Source of the DNA: an uncultured Verrucomicrobiae bacterium
Lineage (GTDB): Bacteria > Verrucomicrobiota > Verrucomicrobiia > Limisphaerales > Palsa-1400
DNA: 64,000 nucleotides
Assembly: GCA_963702845.1 (NCBI GenBank)
Contig: OY969763.1
Location: 2,144,001-2,208,000 of the forward strand
Direction: 5' to 3'
Below the pieces are notes generated by a model. The model did not search any database, had not been told where the DNA came from, and saw only the letters and a list, made by a program, of their open reading frames with translations. Positions within the stretch are counted from its first letter, which is position 1; every line of letters starts with the position of its first letter. Positions 53,050 through 63,118 of this stretch are shown here, one piece after another. A program made the translations under genes and the position numbers.

Positions 53050-53670
53050 TTACGGTTTGCAACTGACCACGACTTCATTGCTGAAGTTGCCGACGACCTG
53101 GTCGTTGACCATGAACTTGGCGCGGTATTCGCGCAACTCGGCTTTGCCCACGGCGAGCATGGGCCGGTTATCGAGGTAAGGCGAATGCAGCGGAGTCGCC
53201 AAACGGGTGAAGTCCGGTTCATCGCCGCGTTTGCATTCGATGTAAATGGCTTCGCTCAGGCCGCGCTTGGCCCGGATTTCGACAATGCCACCGCCTTTAT
53301 CCACGGCGCTCAATTCGGGCGCGGTAGTGTTCAGGTCATCGGTGATTTCAGGGCCGACGATGCCGAGGGCGTCGGCGATGGCCGGTGTCAAATTGCTGGA
53401 AGCGCGGGCTTTTTTGGCGGCGAGCCGGGCGTGGGTTTCGGCGCCGAGACGACTCATCGTTTTGGCGTCGGCGGCGGCTTTGGCGGCAGCTTTGGCCGCG
53501 ACGTTGGCGGAGAACTTGGTGTGAATATCGGTGTTATCAGCCGTAATCGGGGCCGTATCACCGACGACTAACCCAAGAGTAGCCGCATTGGCCAGAAGCT
53601 GAGTCTTGAAGTTATCGTGCCAGGCCAGGAAGGCATCGTCGCCACGGGGAATGAATCCATCTCTTTGCAT
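53050..53670 (-). CDS. Hypothetical protein (helical N-half, FN3-like beta C-half)
   Basis: 206-aa ORF with protein-like composition, FIPRGDDAFLAW..NF start, YLDNRP...E.REYRA. Confidence 0.7.
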   Translation of the reverse strand: MQRDGFIPRGDDAFLAWHDNFKTQLLANAATLGLVVGDTAPITADNTDIHTKFSANVAAKAAAKAAADAKTMSRLGAETHARLAAKKARASSNLTPAIADALGIVGPEITDDLNTTAPELSAVDKGGGIVEIRAKRGLSEAIYIECKRGDEPDFTRLATPLHSPYLDNRPMLAVGKAELREYRAKFMVNDQVVGNFSNEVVVSCKP

Positions 53671-53740
53671 ATGTTGTTTATTTCTAAGTGTTTATACCAT
53701 TGTTTAGGACTAGTTTTTGGAGGTTGGGAGGATTTGTCCA

Positions 53741-53952
53741 GAGCCGCCGAACAACCGTACAGCGGCGCTGTGCAACTGTTCGGAGCGGCTGAACAACAGT
53801 ACAGAACCGCTGTACGGTTGCACGGCGGCGCTGAACAACAGTACCCGAGCCGCCGTCCAATTGAACGCCGCCGCCGAACAACCGTACAGAGCGGCCGTAC
53901 AACAGGTACGGAGCCGCTGTGCAATTGAACGGAGGGATTGTACAAACGGACG
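53741..53952. repeat. Degenerate 21-bp tandem repeat, about 10 units
   Basis: GAGCCGCCGAACAACCGTACA, GCGGCGCTGTGCAACTGTTCG, GAGCGGCTGAACAACAGTACA... Confidence 0.75.
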
Positions 53953-54077
53953 AAGGAAGTACAACGTCGCGCCCAAGCTCCGGATACCGATTCCGGAACG
54001 CCCACCCGTGCTTTTTTGAACCCGCCACATTTTCCGCCCGCGTTTGTGCCAAAGGCCCAAGGTGAGGTCAAGTGTTT

Positions 54078-54184
54078 GTTGCGCTTGATTCGCAGCGGCA
54101 GCAGAACAATAGTCTCCTCAACCAATATGAACCAACCGTTCGTATATCAAAATGACCGCGACACCCCGTCGCATAATCATTGTT
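54078..54184 (+). repeat. 107-bp attI-like module, copy 4
   Basis: Two substitutions against the consensus; followed by cassette starting GTTAGAC. Confidence 0.9.
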
Positions 54185-54199
54185 AGACCACTGTGCCTT

Positions 54200-54544
54200 A
54201 TGACATGGAAGCGATGCTTCACAAAGAAAATCTTGGGACTCGTGTTAGCGGCCATCATTTTCTTAGGGCTGCTCACGGAATTCATCGGCGCACCGCAGGT
54301 CCACAAGGTGGTAGTCGCCACGATGCCCATCAAACCATCTTTCACGGAGATTTCGCGTGATAACACCCAGCGTGTTGCTGGTCCGGTTTATTACTGCAGT
54401 GCGGTAGCGTATGCTCCGTTTCTCGTTCGGGTCGATTACGGTTGGAACGCAGGCGGCGAGACCGGCGGAGGTGCGAGTGCGTTTTACTTTTGGATTTTTG
54501 GCATCACATTTCGAGTTCACGAGTTTGGGCATTGGATGTCATGA
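54200..54544 (+). CDS. Gene cassette ORF, hypothetical protein with N-terminal TM
   Basis: Between GTTAGAC (54182) and GTCTAAC (54555). Confidence 0.75.
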   Translation: MTWKRCFTKKILGLVLAAIIFLGLLTEFIGAPQVHKVVVATMPIKPSFTEISRDNTQRVAGPVYYCSAVAYAPFLVRVDYGWNAGGETGGGASAFYFWIFGITFRVHEFGHWMS

Positions 54545-54554
54545 TTTACCAAAA

Positions 54555-54645
54555 GTCTAACAAGAGCGCTGCAGGCACGCGCGGGATTCCCGCTCTGTTC
54601 CATACCGAACGCTCGCCCCGCTCTGCCTGAGCGCTGTCGTTAGAC
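54555..54645 (+). other. attC site (complete, 91 bp)
   Basis: GTCTAAC-AAGAGCGCTGCAGGCA.G.GCGGG...CCCGC...TGCCTGAGCGCT-GTC-GTTAGAC. Confidence 0.9.
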
Positions 54646-54660
54646 TGCTTCGCACTTTCC

Positions 54661-57072
54661 CTACGCGCTCCACTTCCAATCGCGCATCTCCGGCATGTCG
54701 TCGCCGTGCTCGCGGATGTAATGTTTGTGTTCCATGAGTTTGTTTTGGATGGCCTGTTTGGCGTAGGCGGCCCGCGCGCCCAGTTGCGGCAGGCGGTCGA
54801 TCACGTCGGCGAAGAGATGGAATCGGTCCAGGTCGTTCAAGACGACCATGTCAAAGGGCGTCGTGGTGGTGCCTTCCTCTTTGTAGCCGCGCACGTGGAT
54901 GTTGCTGTGATTGGTGCGGCGATAGGTCAGCCGATGGATCAGCCACGGATAACCGTGAAAGGCAAAGATGACCGGCTTGTCGGTGGTGAAGAGGTCGTCG
55001 AAATCCGCGTCGGACAATCCGTGCGGGTGTTCGCTGCACGGCTGGAGTTTCATCAGGTCAACGACGTTGATGACGCGGACTTTTAATTGCGGCAGGTGTT
55101 GGCGCAGGAGTTTGACGGCGGCGAGTGTTTCCAAAGTCGGAATGTCACCGGCGCAGGCCATGACGACGTCGGGCTCGGAGCCTTTGTCGTTGCTGGCCCA
55201 TTCCCAAATGCTGATGCCCGCGGTGCAGTGTTTGATGGCGGCGTCCATGTCGAGCCATTGCGGCGCGGGATGTTTGCCGCCCACGACGACGTTGACGTAA
55301 TTGCGGCTGCGCATGCAATGATCGGTCACGGAGAGCAAGGTGTTGGCGTCCGGCGGAAGGTAGACGCGGATGACTTCGGATTTTTTGTTCACGACGTGAT
55401 CGATGAACCCGGGATCCTGGTGGCTGAAGCCGTTGTGGTCCTGCCGCCAAACGTGCGAGCTGAGGAAATAGTTCAGCGATGCAATGGGCGCGCGCCACGG
55501 AATATGGCGAATGACCTTCAACCATTTGGCGTGTTGGTTGAACATGGAGTCGATGATGTGAATGAAGGCTTCGTAGCAACTGAACCAACCATGGCGGCCG
55601 GTGAGCAGATAACCTTCGAGCCAGCCCTGGCATTGATGCTCGCTCAAGACTTCCATGATGCGGCCGTCGGGCGAGACGTTTTCATCGGTGGGCAAGCGCT
55701 CCGCCATCCAGCAACGCTTGTCGACTTCGAAGGCAGCACCCCAACGATTGGAAGCGGTTTCGTCCGGGCTGAAGATGCGGAAGGTGTGTGAATTGTTTTT
55801 GAGAACGTCGCGGATGAAGTTGCCTTGGATCGTTGCCGACGAAACTTCGACATCGCCGGGTTTGGTCACTTTCACGGCGTAGTCGCGGAAATCCGGCATG
55901 CGCAGTTCGCGCAGGATCATCCCGCCGTTGGCATGTGGATTGGCGCTCATGCGGAGATTACCTTTCGGCGCAATCTCGGCGAACTCCTGTTTGAAAGCGC
56001 CATTCTTGTCGAAGAGTTCCTCCGGCTTATAGCTCTTCATCCAATGCTCGAGGATTTTGACGTGGCCAGGTTGATCCATATCGCCCATCGGCACTTGATG
56101 GGAGCGGAACGTGCCTTCGGTCGGTTTGCCGTCCACTTCTTTCGGTCCAGTCCAACCTTTCGGCGTGCGCATGATGATCATCGGCCACATCGGACGCGTC
56201 AGATCCTTTTTCACGCGCGCGTTCTGCTGGATGTCTTTGATTTCGGCGAAGACCGTGTCGAGCGTCGACGCCATCAGTTGATGCATCGTCTTGGGATCAT
56301 CGCCCTCGACGAAATATGGCTTGTAGCCGTAACCAACAAAAAGGCTTTCCAGTTCTTCCCGCGGAATCCGCGCAAGGAAACACGGCCCGGCGATCTTGTA
56401 GCCGTTGAGATGCAGAATAGGCAGCACCGCGCCGTCGCGAGCGGGATTAAGGAATTTGTTTGAATGCCAGCTCGTGGCCATCGGACCGGTTTCGGCTTCG
56501 CCATCACCGACCACACATGCGGTGATCAAATCTGGATTATCGAGCACCGCACCATAGGCGTGCGAGAGGGCGTAGCCGAGTTCGCCACCTTCGTGAATTG
56601 AACCGGGCGTCTCAGGAGCGACGTGGCTCGGGATACCGCCCGGGAACGAGAACTGTTTAAAGAGTTTGCACATCCCGTCTTCATCTTGCGCAATGTTCGG
56701 GTAAACCTCGCTGTAGGTGCCTTCGAGATAAGTATTGGCGACAAGACCAGGACCACCGTGACCGGGACCGGTGACGTAAATAATACTGAGGTCCCGCGCA
56801 TTGATAATGCGATTGAGGTGGACGTAGATAAAATTCAGTCCGGGCGTAGTGCCCCAGTGACCAAGCAGACGCGGCTTGATGTCCTCGCGTTTGAGCGGAG
56901 TTTTCAGCAAGGGGTTTTTGAACAGGTAGATTTGGCCGACGGACAGATAGTTCGCGGCGCGCCACCATGCGTCCATTTTCTTGAGTTGATCGGGCGTGAG
57001 AGGCCCGCCAGCGGCTTTGGGTTCTGGAACGCGACGGCCAGCGGAAAGACGTGGAGATTCGGTCAGTTTCAT
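54661..57072 (-). CDS. xfp: Xylulose-5-P/fructose-6-P phosphoketolase
   Basis: [58 protein letters not shown]. Confidence 0.97.
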   Translation of the reverse strand: MKLTESPRLSAGRRVPEPKAAGGPLTPDQLKKMDAWWRAANYLSVGQIYLFKNPLLKTPLKREDIKPRLLGHWGTTPGLNFIYVHLNRIINARDLSIIYVTGPGHGGPGLVANTYLEGTYSEVYPNIAQDEDGMCKLFKQFSFPGGIPSHVAPETPGSIHEGGELGYALSHAYGAVLDNPDLITACVVGDGEAETGPMATSWHSNKFLNPARDGAVLPILHLNGYKIAGPCFLARIPREELESLFVGYGYKPYFVEGDDPKTMHQLMASTLDTVFAEIKDIQQNARVKKDLTRPMWPMIIMRTPKGWTGPKEVDGKPTEGTFRSHQVPMGDMDQPGHVKILEHWMKSYKPEELFDKNGAFKQEFAEIAPKGNLRMSANPHANGGMILRELRMPDFRDYAVKVTKPGDVEVSSATIQGNFIRDVLKNNSHTFRIFSPDETASNRWGAAFEVDKRCWMAERLPTDENVSPDGRIMEVLSEHQCQGWLEGYLLTGRHGWFSCYEAFIHIIDSMFNQHAKWLKVIRHIPWRAPIASLNYFLSSHVWRQDHNGFSHQDPGFIDHVVNKKSEVIRVYLPPDANTLLSVTDHCMRSRNYVNVVVGGKHPAPQWLDMDAAIKHCTAGISIWEWASNDKGSEPDVVMACAGDIPTLETLAAVKLLRQHLPQLKVRVINVVDLMKLQPCSEHPHGLSDADFDDLFTTDKPVIFAFHGYPWLIHRLTYRRTNHSNIHVRGYKEEGTTTTPFDMVVLNDLDRFHLFADVIDRLPQLGARAAYAKQAIQNKLMEHKHYIREHGDDMPEMRDWKWSA

Positions 57073-58244
57073 ATTGTTTCCTTCTCGCTAAGCAAGGCGC
57101 TCACAGTTTGCGCAATAAACATTTCTTCATCGGTTTTAATAACATACACAGTAACCTTGCTTTCGCTCTTCGAAATGATCGTCGCGTTTTGTTGATTTGC
57201 AATCGGGTCAAGTTTGATGCCGATAAACTCCAAACCTTCACAGAGACGAGCGCGGATCGCTGAGGAGCTTTCACCAATGCCGCCGGAGAAAATTAATGTG
57301 TCGAATCCGTCCATCGTCGCGGCGAGCGCGGCGAGATGCTTTTTCGCGTTGTAACAAAACGAGGCGACGGCATCGGCGGCGCGCGGATCTTTTGCTTCAG
57401 CTTCGAGCAGATCGCGCATATCGGAACTGATTTCCGAAATGCCCAGCAAACCGGATTCGGCGTTGACCATGTGCTGGAATCGTTCCACCGACATGTTCTC
57501 AGTCCGAGCAAAATAAGCGGCGAGGCTGGGGTCGAGATCACCGGTGCGACGGCTCATGACAAGACCGGCTGTTGGGGTGAAAGACATCGTGGTGTCGACC
57601 GAACGCCCTTGATGAACGGCGGTCATGCTCGCGCCATTGCCGAGGTGCGCGATGATGATGCGGCTGTTAGCGACATCGGGACCGTACGTTTGCTCCAGTT
57701 GTTGCATCAGCCAAGAGCAAGAGAGGCCGTGAAAGCCGTAACGGCGAATGCCGTGCTTCTCGTATTTACGGGGAATTGGAAGCAGGTATGCGACGCGCGG
57801 GAGGTCGCGATGAAAGGCCGTGTCAAAGCAGGCAAATTGCGGCACGTCTGGAAAAAGTTCTGCGCAGCTACGCATGACGGAGATTTCGGCCGGCAGGTGT
57901 TCGGGGTCAAAAGGGCTAAGGCGTTCCAGTTCGGCAAGCATTGTTGAATCGATGCGCTGATGCTGACGATAACGTGGCCCGCCGTGCACGACGCGATGGC
58001 CGATGGCGCTTAGCTCGTCCGTTCCGAGCGTCTTTTTGATGGGCTGCAGGAGCAGCGGCAAAGCTTCAGCGTGACTGTGGATATTCAACGTCCGCTGCTC
58101 AGAGCCGAGATGAAGGACCGGATCAGCGAGACCGATGCGGTCTATTTTGCCGGCAACGCTACGGCTAAGGTCGCTCGCGCCATTTATGAAGAGTGCGAAC
58201 TTCAAGCTCGAGGAACCGCCGTTAATTGTCAGGATCGCGGACAC
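57069..58244 (-). CDS. ackA: Acetate kinase
   Basis: [43 protein letters not shown]; start placed at GTG 58244. Confidence 0.93.
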   Translation of the reverse strand: MSAILTINGGSSSLKFALFINGASDLSRSVAGKIDRIGLADPVLHLGSEQRTLNIHSHAEALPLLLQPIKKTLGTDELSAIGHRVVHGGPRYRQHQRIDSTMLAELERLSPFDPEHLPAEISVMRSCAELFPDVPQFACFDTAFHRDLPRVAYLLPIPRKYEKHGIRRYGFHGLSCSWLMQQLEQTYGPDVANSRIIIAHLGNGASMTAVHQGRSVDTTMSFTPTAGLVMSRRTGDLDPSLAAYFARTENMSVERFQHMVNAESGLLGISEISSDMRDLLEAEAKDPRAADAVASFCYNAKKHLAALAATMDGFDTLIFSGGIGESSSAIRARLCEGLEFIGIKLDPIANQQNATIISKSESKVTVYVIKTDEEMFIAQTVSALLSEKETI

Positions 58245-58304
58245 GCGGAAGTGTAAAACAAAAAGTTGATTTCGCCATATCCAGTTTAGACTGATAGCCG
58301 AAGC

Positions 58305-59399
58305 ATGAAAACAAGCATTGGTGTGTTGTTGTTGGCTGGGGGCATAATTGTGTCGTGCGTCACAACTCGAGCTGAACCACGCGCATATAAGGATCTCACG
58401 TTCACGGAATTCTTCCGGCGCACGAACGGATGGGTTTCCGGCGACGGGGCGGTTTCGGTTCCACTTTCCGATGGACGGGTGCTTTGGCTTTTCGGCGACA
58501 GTCACCTCGATGATTACGATCCAACAACGAAGACGACGGCTTGTCTGTTTCAATGTCGGAATGCTGGATTGTTGCAGAGCAATCGAACGGATTTGAAGAG
58601 AGCGCGCACCTTGCAGACGACCAAACCTGTTTTCAGATCCTGGTTCAAGAATTCGACCAATGAGGATTTGTGGTTTTGGCCGATGTGCGGATTTCAGAAG
58701 AAGGACGTGGTCTATATATACCTGTGCGCGATGAAAAAAACCGGCGAAGGCATGTGGGGATTTGCCAGCGCTGGAGCTGATTGTTGGGGAAAGGTTGCGT
58801 TCCCGAGCATGGAGATTGTTGATTACATTCCCCTGCCCCACTTCGATGGCGTGCAGATGGGACAAGGGTTTGTCGAGGAGGATGGATGGATTTATGCGTT
58901 CGGAAGCAGGGCACACGGGATTGCATCCGATGTCATTGTGGCACGATTCAAGCCTGATGAACCGACTGGCTCGTGGGGTTTCTGGGATGGCACGAATTGG
59001 AACGGGACGTGCACCAATGCAGCCTTGATCGGGCGAGCGAATGTTGGCGTGCATGTTTGTCGTGTGCGTGGGAGTTACGTGCTGACGTCGGGAGCGTTCA
59101 GTATGGCGTGTGATCAGGGGCACGAAGTTTTCATGGCGACGAGCGACAAGCCGAACGGTCCGTTTTCTAAACTGAAAAAAGTGTGGACGGTCGATGACAC
59201 GTATAAAGGGCACTATCCGTTTTACTATATTCCACAGGCGCACCCGGAATTCATCAATGGACGCGATGAGATTTTGGTGACGTATTCGATCAATGGCTAT
59301 GAACCGGCGGTGGCGACGTGCGTCGATGGACGTGCCATTCCGGATCATTATCGGCCCAAGGCGATTCGGGTGCCGCTGAAGATGATTGGCATTAAATAA
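58305..59399 (+). CDS. Secreted DUF5005/DUF4185-like beta-propeller protein
   Basis: Signal peptide; GWVSGDG..SVPL.DGR.LWLFGDS, YYIPQAHPE, YRP. Confidence 0.7.
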   Translation: MKTSIGVLLLAGGIIVSCVTTRAEPRAYKDLTFTEFFRRTNGWVSGDGAVSVPLSDGRVLWLFGDSHLDDYDPTTKTTACLFQCRNAGLLQSNRTDLKRARTLQTTKPVFRSWFKNSTNEDLWFWPMCGFQKKDVVYIYLCAMKKTGEGMWGFASAGADCWGKVAFPSMEIVDYIPLPHFDGVQMGQGFVEEDGWIYAFGSRAHGIASDVIVARFKPDEPTGSWGFWDGTNWNGTCTNAALIGRANVGVHVCRVRGSYVLTSGAFSMACDQGHEVFMATSDKPNGPFSKLKKVWTVDDTYKGHYPFYYIPQAHPEFINGRDEILVTYSINGYEPAVATCVDGRAIPDHYRPKAIRVPLKMIGIK

Positions 59400-59403
59400 A
59401 GTT

Positions 59404-59429
59404 AGAGACTCGTCACCTCGTCTCCTACA
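59404..59429 (-). repeat. GTAG-type REP-like palindrome
   Basis: Minus strand TGTAG-GAGAC-GAGGTGACGA-GTCTC. Confidence 0.55.
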
Positions 59430-59472
59430 AGCGACGACTTGAAGAATGGCGATTCTTTGGAACGTTGAATAC

Positions 59473-59943
59473 GTGACTACAACACATTCCATTGAGGCGG
59501 ATGAACGCGGGTTGTTGGTGCAATGTCCGAAGTGCGACAAAACCAATCGCATGGATTACGCGCGACTGGGAGAGACGTTTCGCTGCGGGAGTTGCCAGAC
59601 GGAATTAGTGGCACCAAATGCGCCGGTTGAGATTTCCAGTGACGCCGCGTTTGATGCGTTGACGAGTAAGTCGACGCTGCCGGTTGTGATTGATTTTTGG
59701 GCGTCGTGGTGCGGGCCGTGCAAAATGTTTGCGCCGGAGTTTGCGCGTGCCGCGCAGGCGAATGCGGGCAAATGGATCGCGGCAAAGGTGAACACGGAAG
59801 AGTTGCCGGGAGTTGCGCAGCGATTTGGAATCCAAGCGATTCCGACGCTGGCGTTATACAAAGGCGGACGCGAAGTGGCGCGCAAACAAGGTGCATTGCC
59901 AGCAGCGGCACTCGAACGATTTGTTTCGCAATCGATCCAATGA
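59473..59943 (+). CDS. trxC: Thioredoxin 2 (N-terminal Zn finger)
   Basis: CPKC...NR...CGSC plus WCGPC. Confidence 0.9.
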   Translation: MTTTHSIEADERGLLVQCPKCDKTNRMDYARLGETFRCGSCQTELVAPNAPVEISSDAAFDALTSKSTLPVVIDFWASWCGPCKMFAPEFARAAQANAGKWIAAKVNTEELPGVAQRFGIQAIPTLALYKGGREVARKQGALPAAALERFVSQSIQ

Positions 59944-60800
59944 AAGCTTCGGGGATAAAAACGGTACGGATTCCTTCGGGTCGTGAGATTCCGATGGTCG
60001 GCCAGGGGACGTGGCGAATGGGTGAAAACCGCTCGGAACGAGATGCTGAAATCGCGGCGCTACGGCTCGGGTTGGAGCTTGGCATCACGCTAATTGATAC
60101 CGCTGAGATGTACGGCGAAGGAGGTGCCGAGATTATCGTTGGTGAAGCGATTGCGGGGCGGCGCGACGAAGTGTTTTTGGTCAGCAAAATTTATCCGCAT
60201 CACGCCTGTCACGAAGGGACACAGCAGGCTTGTGAGCGCAGTTTGAAACGGCTCAAGACGGATCGTCTCGACCTGTATCTTCTGCACTGGCGCGAATCGA
60301 TTCCGCTGGAGGAAACGGTTGAGGCGTTTCTCAAGCTGAAGGCCGAGGGAAAGATTTTGGACTTCGGTGTTAGCAATTTTGATCTGTCGGATATGGAGGA
60401 CGCGGCTCGCTTGCCCGGTGGCGATCAAGTCGCAACGAATCAGGTTTATTACAACCTGGAGCATCGCGGGATTGAGTTTGATTTGATGCCGTGGTGTGCG
60501 GAACGCGGGATTCCAATGATGGCCTACTCGCCTCTGAAAAGTTCCGGTGATGATAAACACGCCTTGCTCGGGCAATCGGCGTTGAAGCGAATTGCTAAAG
60601 CGCACAATGCGACGACGGCGCAGATTGCGTTGGCATGGTTGTTGCATATGGGTGTCGTGGTGATTCCGAAAGCGGTCAAACCGGAGCATGTGCGGGAGAA
60701 TCGCGCGGTCGCGGAAATTCAACTCACGACCAGCGATCTCAAAGCTCTCGACAAAGCGTTTCCGCCACCGGCGCGCAAGGTGCCTTTGGCTATGCGTTAG
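59940..60800 (+). CDS. Aldo/keto reductase
   Basis: GQGTWRMG, IDTAEMYG, LDLYLLHW, GVSNF, IPKA; ATG overlaps the trxC stop. Confidence 0.92.
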   Translation: MKASGIKTVRIPSGREIPMVGQGTWRMGENRSERDAEIAALRLGLELGITLIDTAEMYGEGGAEIIVGEAIAGRRDEVFLVSKIYPHHACHEGTQQACERSLKRLKTDRLDLYLLHWRESIPLEETVEAFLKLKAEGKILDFGVSNFDLSDMEDAARLPGGDQVATNQVYYNLEHRGIEFDLMPWCAERGIPMMAYSPLKSSGDDKHALLGQSALKRIAKAHNATTAQIALAWLLHMGVVVIPKAVKPEHVRENRAVAEIQLTTSDLKALDKAFPPPARKVPLAMR

Positions 60801-60949
60801 AGCCGCGGCCCAGAACGTCCGGTCCGCCGAAACTCAGAAAAGGAAATGTAACGTCACGCCTAAGCACCGTCTTCGCATGCCTATTCGCTCTATGCGGAAA
60901 ATATGGTGGTGGTCGATTGGCGTTTGCTTTTATATATGCCGAGCAGTTT

Positions 60950-63025
60950 ATGGCCAACCAACATTCAAAAGTCACACCCCGTCTTATCTGTGCGCTCGGA
61001 ATTCTTGTGCTGCTTTTTTTGGCGGAACTGGCCAGTAGTTTGTTAGCCTGGCGTCATGGTAATCGGGATGGTTTTGGGTTGGTATCAATGCAGTCGTTTG
61101 CTTTTCTTGGTCTTGTTTGGGCGACAGTAGTCATTTTCGCCGAACGATCTTCCCGATTGTTAAGCTGGTTGGCTAGCACTGGCAGAACGAAGCAATTTCA
61201 CATTTTCCGGGCGATCCTGGCTATTGCAGCATCCATCATTTGGATCCTTATCGTCGTCAGTTTCGGGACTCGTTATGCCTTGGATTGCTACGCCAATCCG
61301 TCGCTGCTTGAATTTGCGTTCGCAAATTGGTCAAACGGCTTTTGGGCACACACAGCGGTGATTTATCGCTGGATTCTATATGTCCTTCCATTCTTCCTCG
61401 CTGGAACGGTCGCTTTAATAGTGCGCAGCATTTGGCAACACGGAACGAGTCTTAATTTTTTTGGAGATGATAGATTTAAACGGCCGGTTTTGTATCTGTT
61501 CCTGGCACTTGCTGCGTGCTTCACCGTTTCTATGGTGCTTCTTAATCGTGAGGAGGATAAGGGATTACGAAACAGAACGATTTCTCATCTGTGCTATAGG
61601 ACTGAACCGGTTTTTGCGTTTGCAACGGGCTGCGTGGATCTTTGGAACCAGGCGAGATATGAGGACGCCATCGTGGACGAAGCGAATTTTCTTCCTCGTT
61701 CCACGGCTTTCATTCCGCCCACGGCAATCAAACGGAAACCGAATATTATTTTTTTCCAGATCGAATCCTGCCGTCCAGATGTTGTTGATCTGGTTCATCA
61801 AGGAATCGAAGTTACGCCAAACATCAATAAGGTTGCCCGCCTCGGCACGCGCTTTACAAAGGCGTACGCACCCGCGACGCACACGAGCCTGTCCAACGTT
61901 AGCATCCCTTCTTCGACATACCCACTACGTCGGGACCTGCTTGCGTCGTATCGCGCCGATGATCCCCAGCCAAAAAAGTTGATTTGGGATATTCTTAAAC
62001 CGTTCGGCTATGAGACGGCCTGGATTTCTTCAGACTTTGAAGGATGGGCGGGAATGCGTGATTTTCTGCTCACGCCGGCGCTGGACGTTTTTGAGGATTC
62101 AACCACGACCAAGTTGCAGGCTCACCCGGAATTGTTAAAAGGAACATCCATTCATGTTGAATTAGCTCCCGATCGTGAGACTGCAAATGAGGCGCTGCGT
62201 TATATCGGCACTAAGTTGGACCAAAAGAGCCCGTTCTATCTTACGCTCAGTTTGAGTGACTCTCATTTTCCATACGTTTCATCGATGAAAACGAATTGGT
62301 TTCAACCGTGCGGGGTTCCAGCAAGCTGCGCGATTTTCGATTATCCGATAGAATTGCGAGATCAGATTCGCAATTCGTATCTGAACTCCATCCGTGGGAT
62401 TGATGTTCTGTTCGGCGAACTCGTTGCGCTCCTGAAGGAAAAGGGAGCGTTTGATAACACGATTATCGTGATTTATGGCGACCATGGAGAATCGTTTTAC
62501 GAAAATGGCATTCTTTCCCACGCGAATTTGCCCTACGATCCGACCGCACGCACAACTCTGGTAATGTATGGCGAAGGAATTTTTTCTCCCGGCATTGAAG
62601 AGTATCCTACTTCGCTGGTCGATGTGGTGCCCACGGTGCTGGCTCGATTGGGAATACCTCACCACCCGAATTTTCAGGGCATCGACGTCCTTTCACCGCA
62701 ACGGCCAGCGGTTGATACCCGGTGTCTTTACGTTCACGTCGATGGTCGCGTAAACGCGGACGGAGTGGTTGCTGCCGGGCGCTGGAAATATTTTGCCGAT
62801 AACGGCGCCGGCGGGACCTACCTATACGATCTCGCCAGCGATTCTGGTGAAGAGCATAATATTGTAGGTTCTTCTCCAGATGTTGCGGCGATACTCGCAA
62901 AGCAGCTTGAAACATTTCGCGTGAGTCAACTTGCGTATTACCGGTCTGCCAAACTCTACACGCGTTTTTTTCCTCCTGCTCCGCCTCAACTCATGTCCTC
63001 CTCACAACAGACCAGCAGCCGGTAG
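60950..63025 (+). CDS. Membrane-anchored sulfatase/LTA-synthase-like protein
   Basis: Five N-terminal TM helices; PNIIFFQIESCR, SHFPY, YGDHGE. Confidence 0.8.
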   Translation: MANQHSKVTPRLICALGILVLLFLAELASSLLAWRHGNRDGFGLVSMQSFAFLGLVWATVVIFAERSSRLLSWLASTGRTKQFHIFRAILAIAASIIWILIVVSFGTRYALDCYANPSLLEFAFANWSNGFWAHTAVIYRWILYVLPFFLAGTVALIVRSIWQHGTSLNFFGDDRFKRPVLYLFLALAACFTVSMVLLNREEDKGLRNRTISHLCYRTEPVFAFATGCVDLWNQARYEDAIVDEANFLPRSTAFIPPTAIKRKPNIIFFQIESCRPDVVDLVHQGIEVTPNINKVARLGTRFTKAYAPATHTSLSNVSIPSSTYPLRRDLLASYRADDPQPKKLIWDILKPFGYETAWISSDFEGWAGMRDFLLTPALDVFEDSTTTKLQAHPELLKGTSIHVELAPDRETANEALRYIGTKLDQKSPFYLTLSLSDSHFPYVSSMKTNWFQPCGVPASCAIFDYPIELRDQIRNSYLNSIRGIDVLFGELVALLKEKGAFDNTIIVIYGDHGESFYENGILSHANLPYDPTARTTLVMYGEGIFSPGIEEYPTSLVDVVPTVLARLGIPHHPNFQGIDVLSPQRPAVDTRCLYVHVDGRVNADGVVAAGRWKYFADNGAGGTYLYDLASDSGEEHNIVGSSPDVAAILAKQLETFRVSQLAYYRSAKLYTRFFPPAPPQLMSSSQQTSSR

Positions 63026-63118
63026 CCGCTACTCTGTAGTGATAAACGACGGCGGAAATGCAGAGGTAAGGTCCTTTGCCGCTTTGACTTCGGCACGCTA
63101 GCTGCTAATTGCAAAGGC

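Noticed and set aside
53741..53952. Possible CRISPR array
   Set aside because: Units are contiguous and degenerate with no unique spacers; no cas genes in the window.
41499..54184. 107-bp module as a MITE, CRISPR repeat or DGR template/variable repeat
   Set aside because: No terminal inverted repeats or target duplications, kb-scale irregular spacing, differences not adenine-specific, no reverse transcriptase.
39025..54660. Intact prophage
   Set aside because: Only terminase-like genes; no portal, capsid, tail, integrase or Mu transposase.
57069..59552. 827-aa ORF as an acetate kinase fusion
   Set aside because: The first ~436 codons are the antisense shadow of the gene at 58305-59399 and its flanks; AckA homology starts near 58244.
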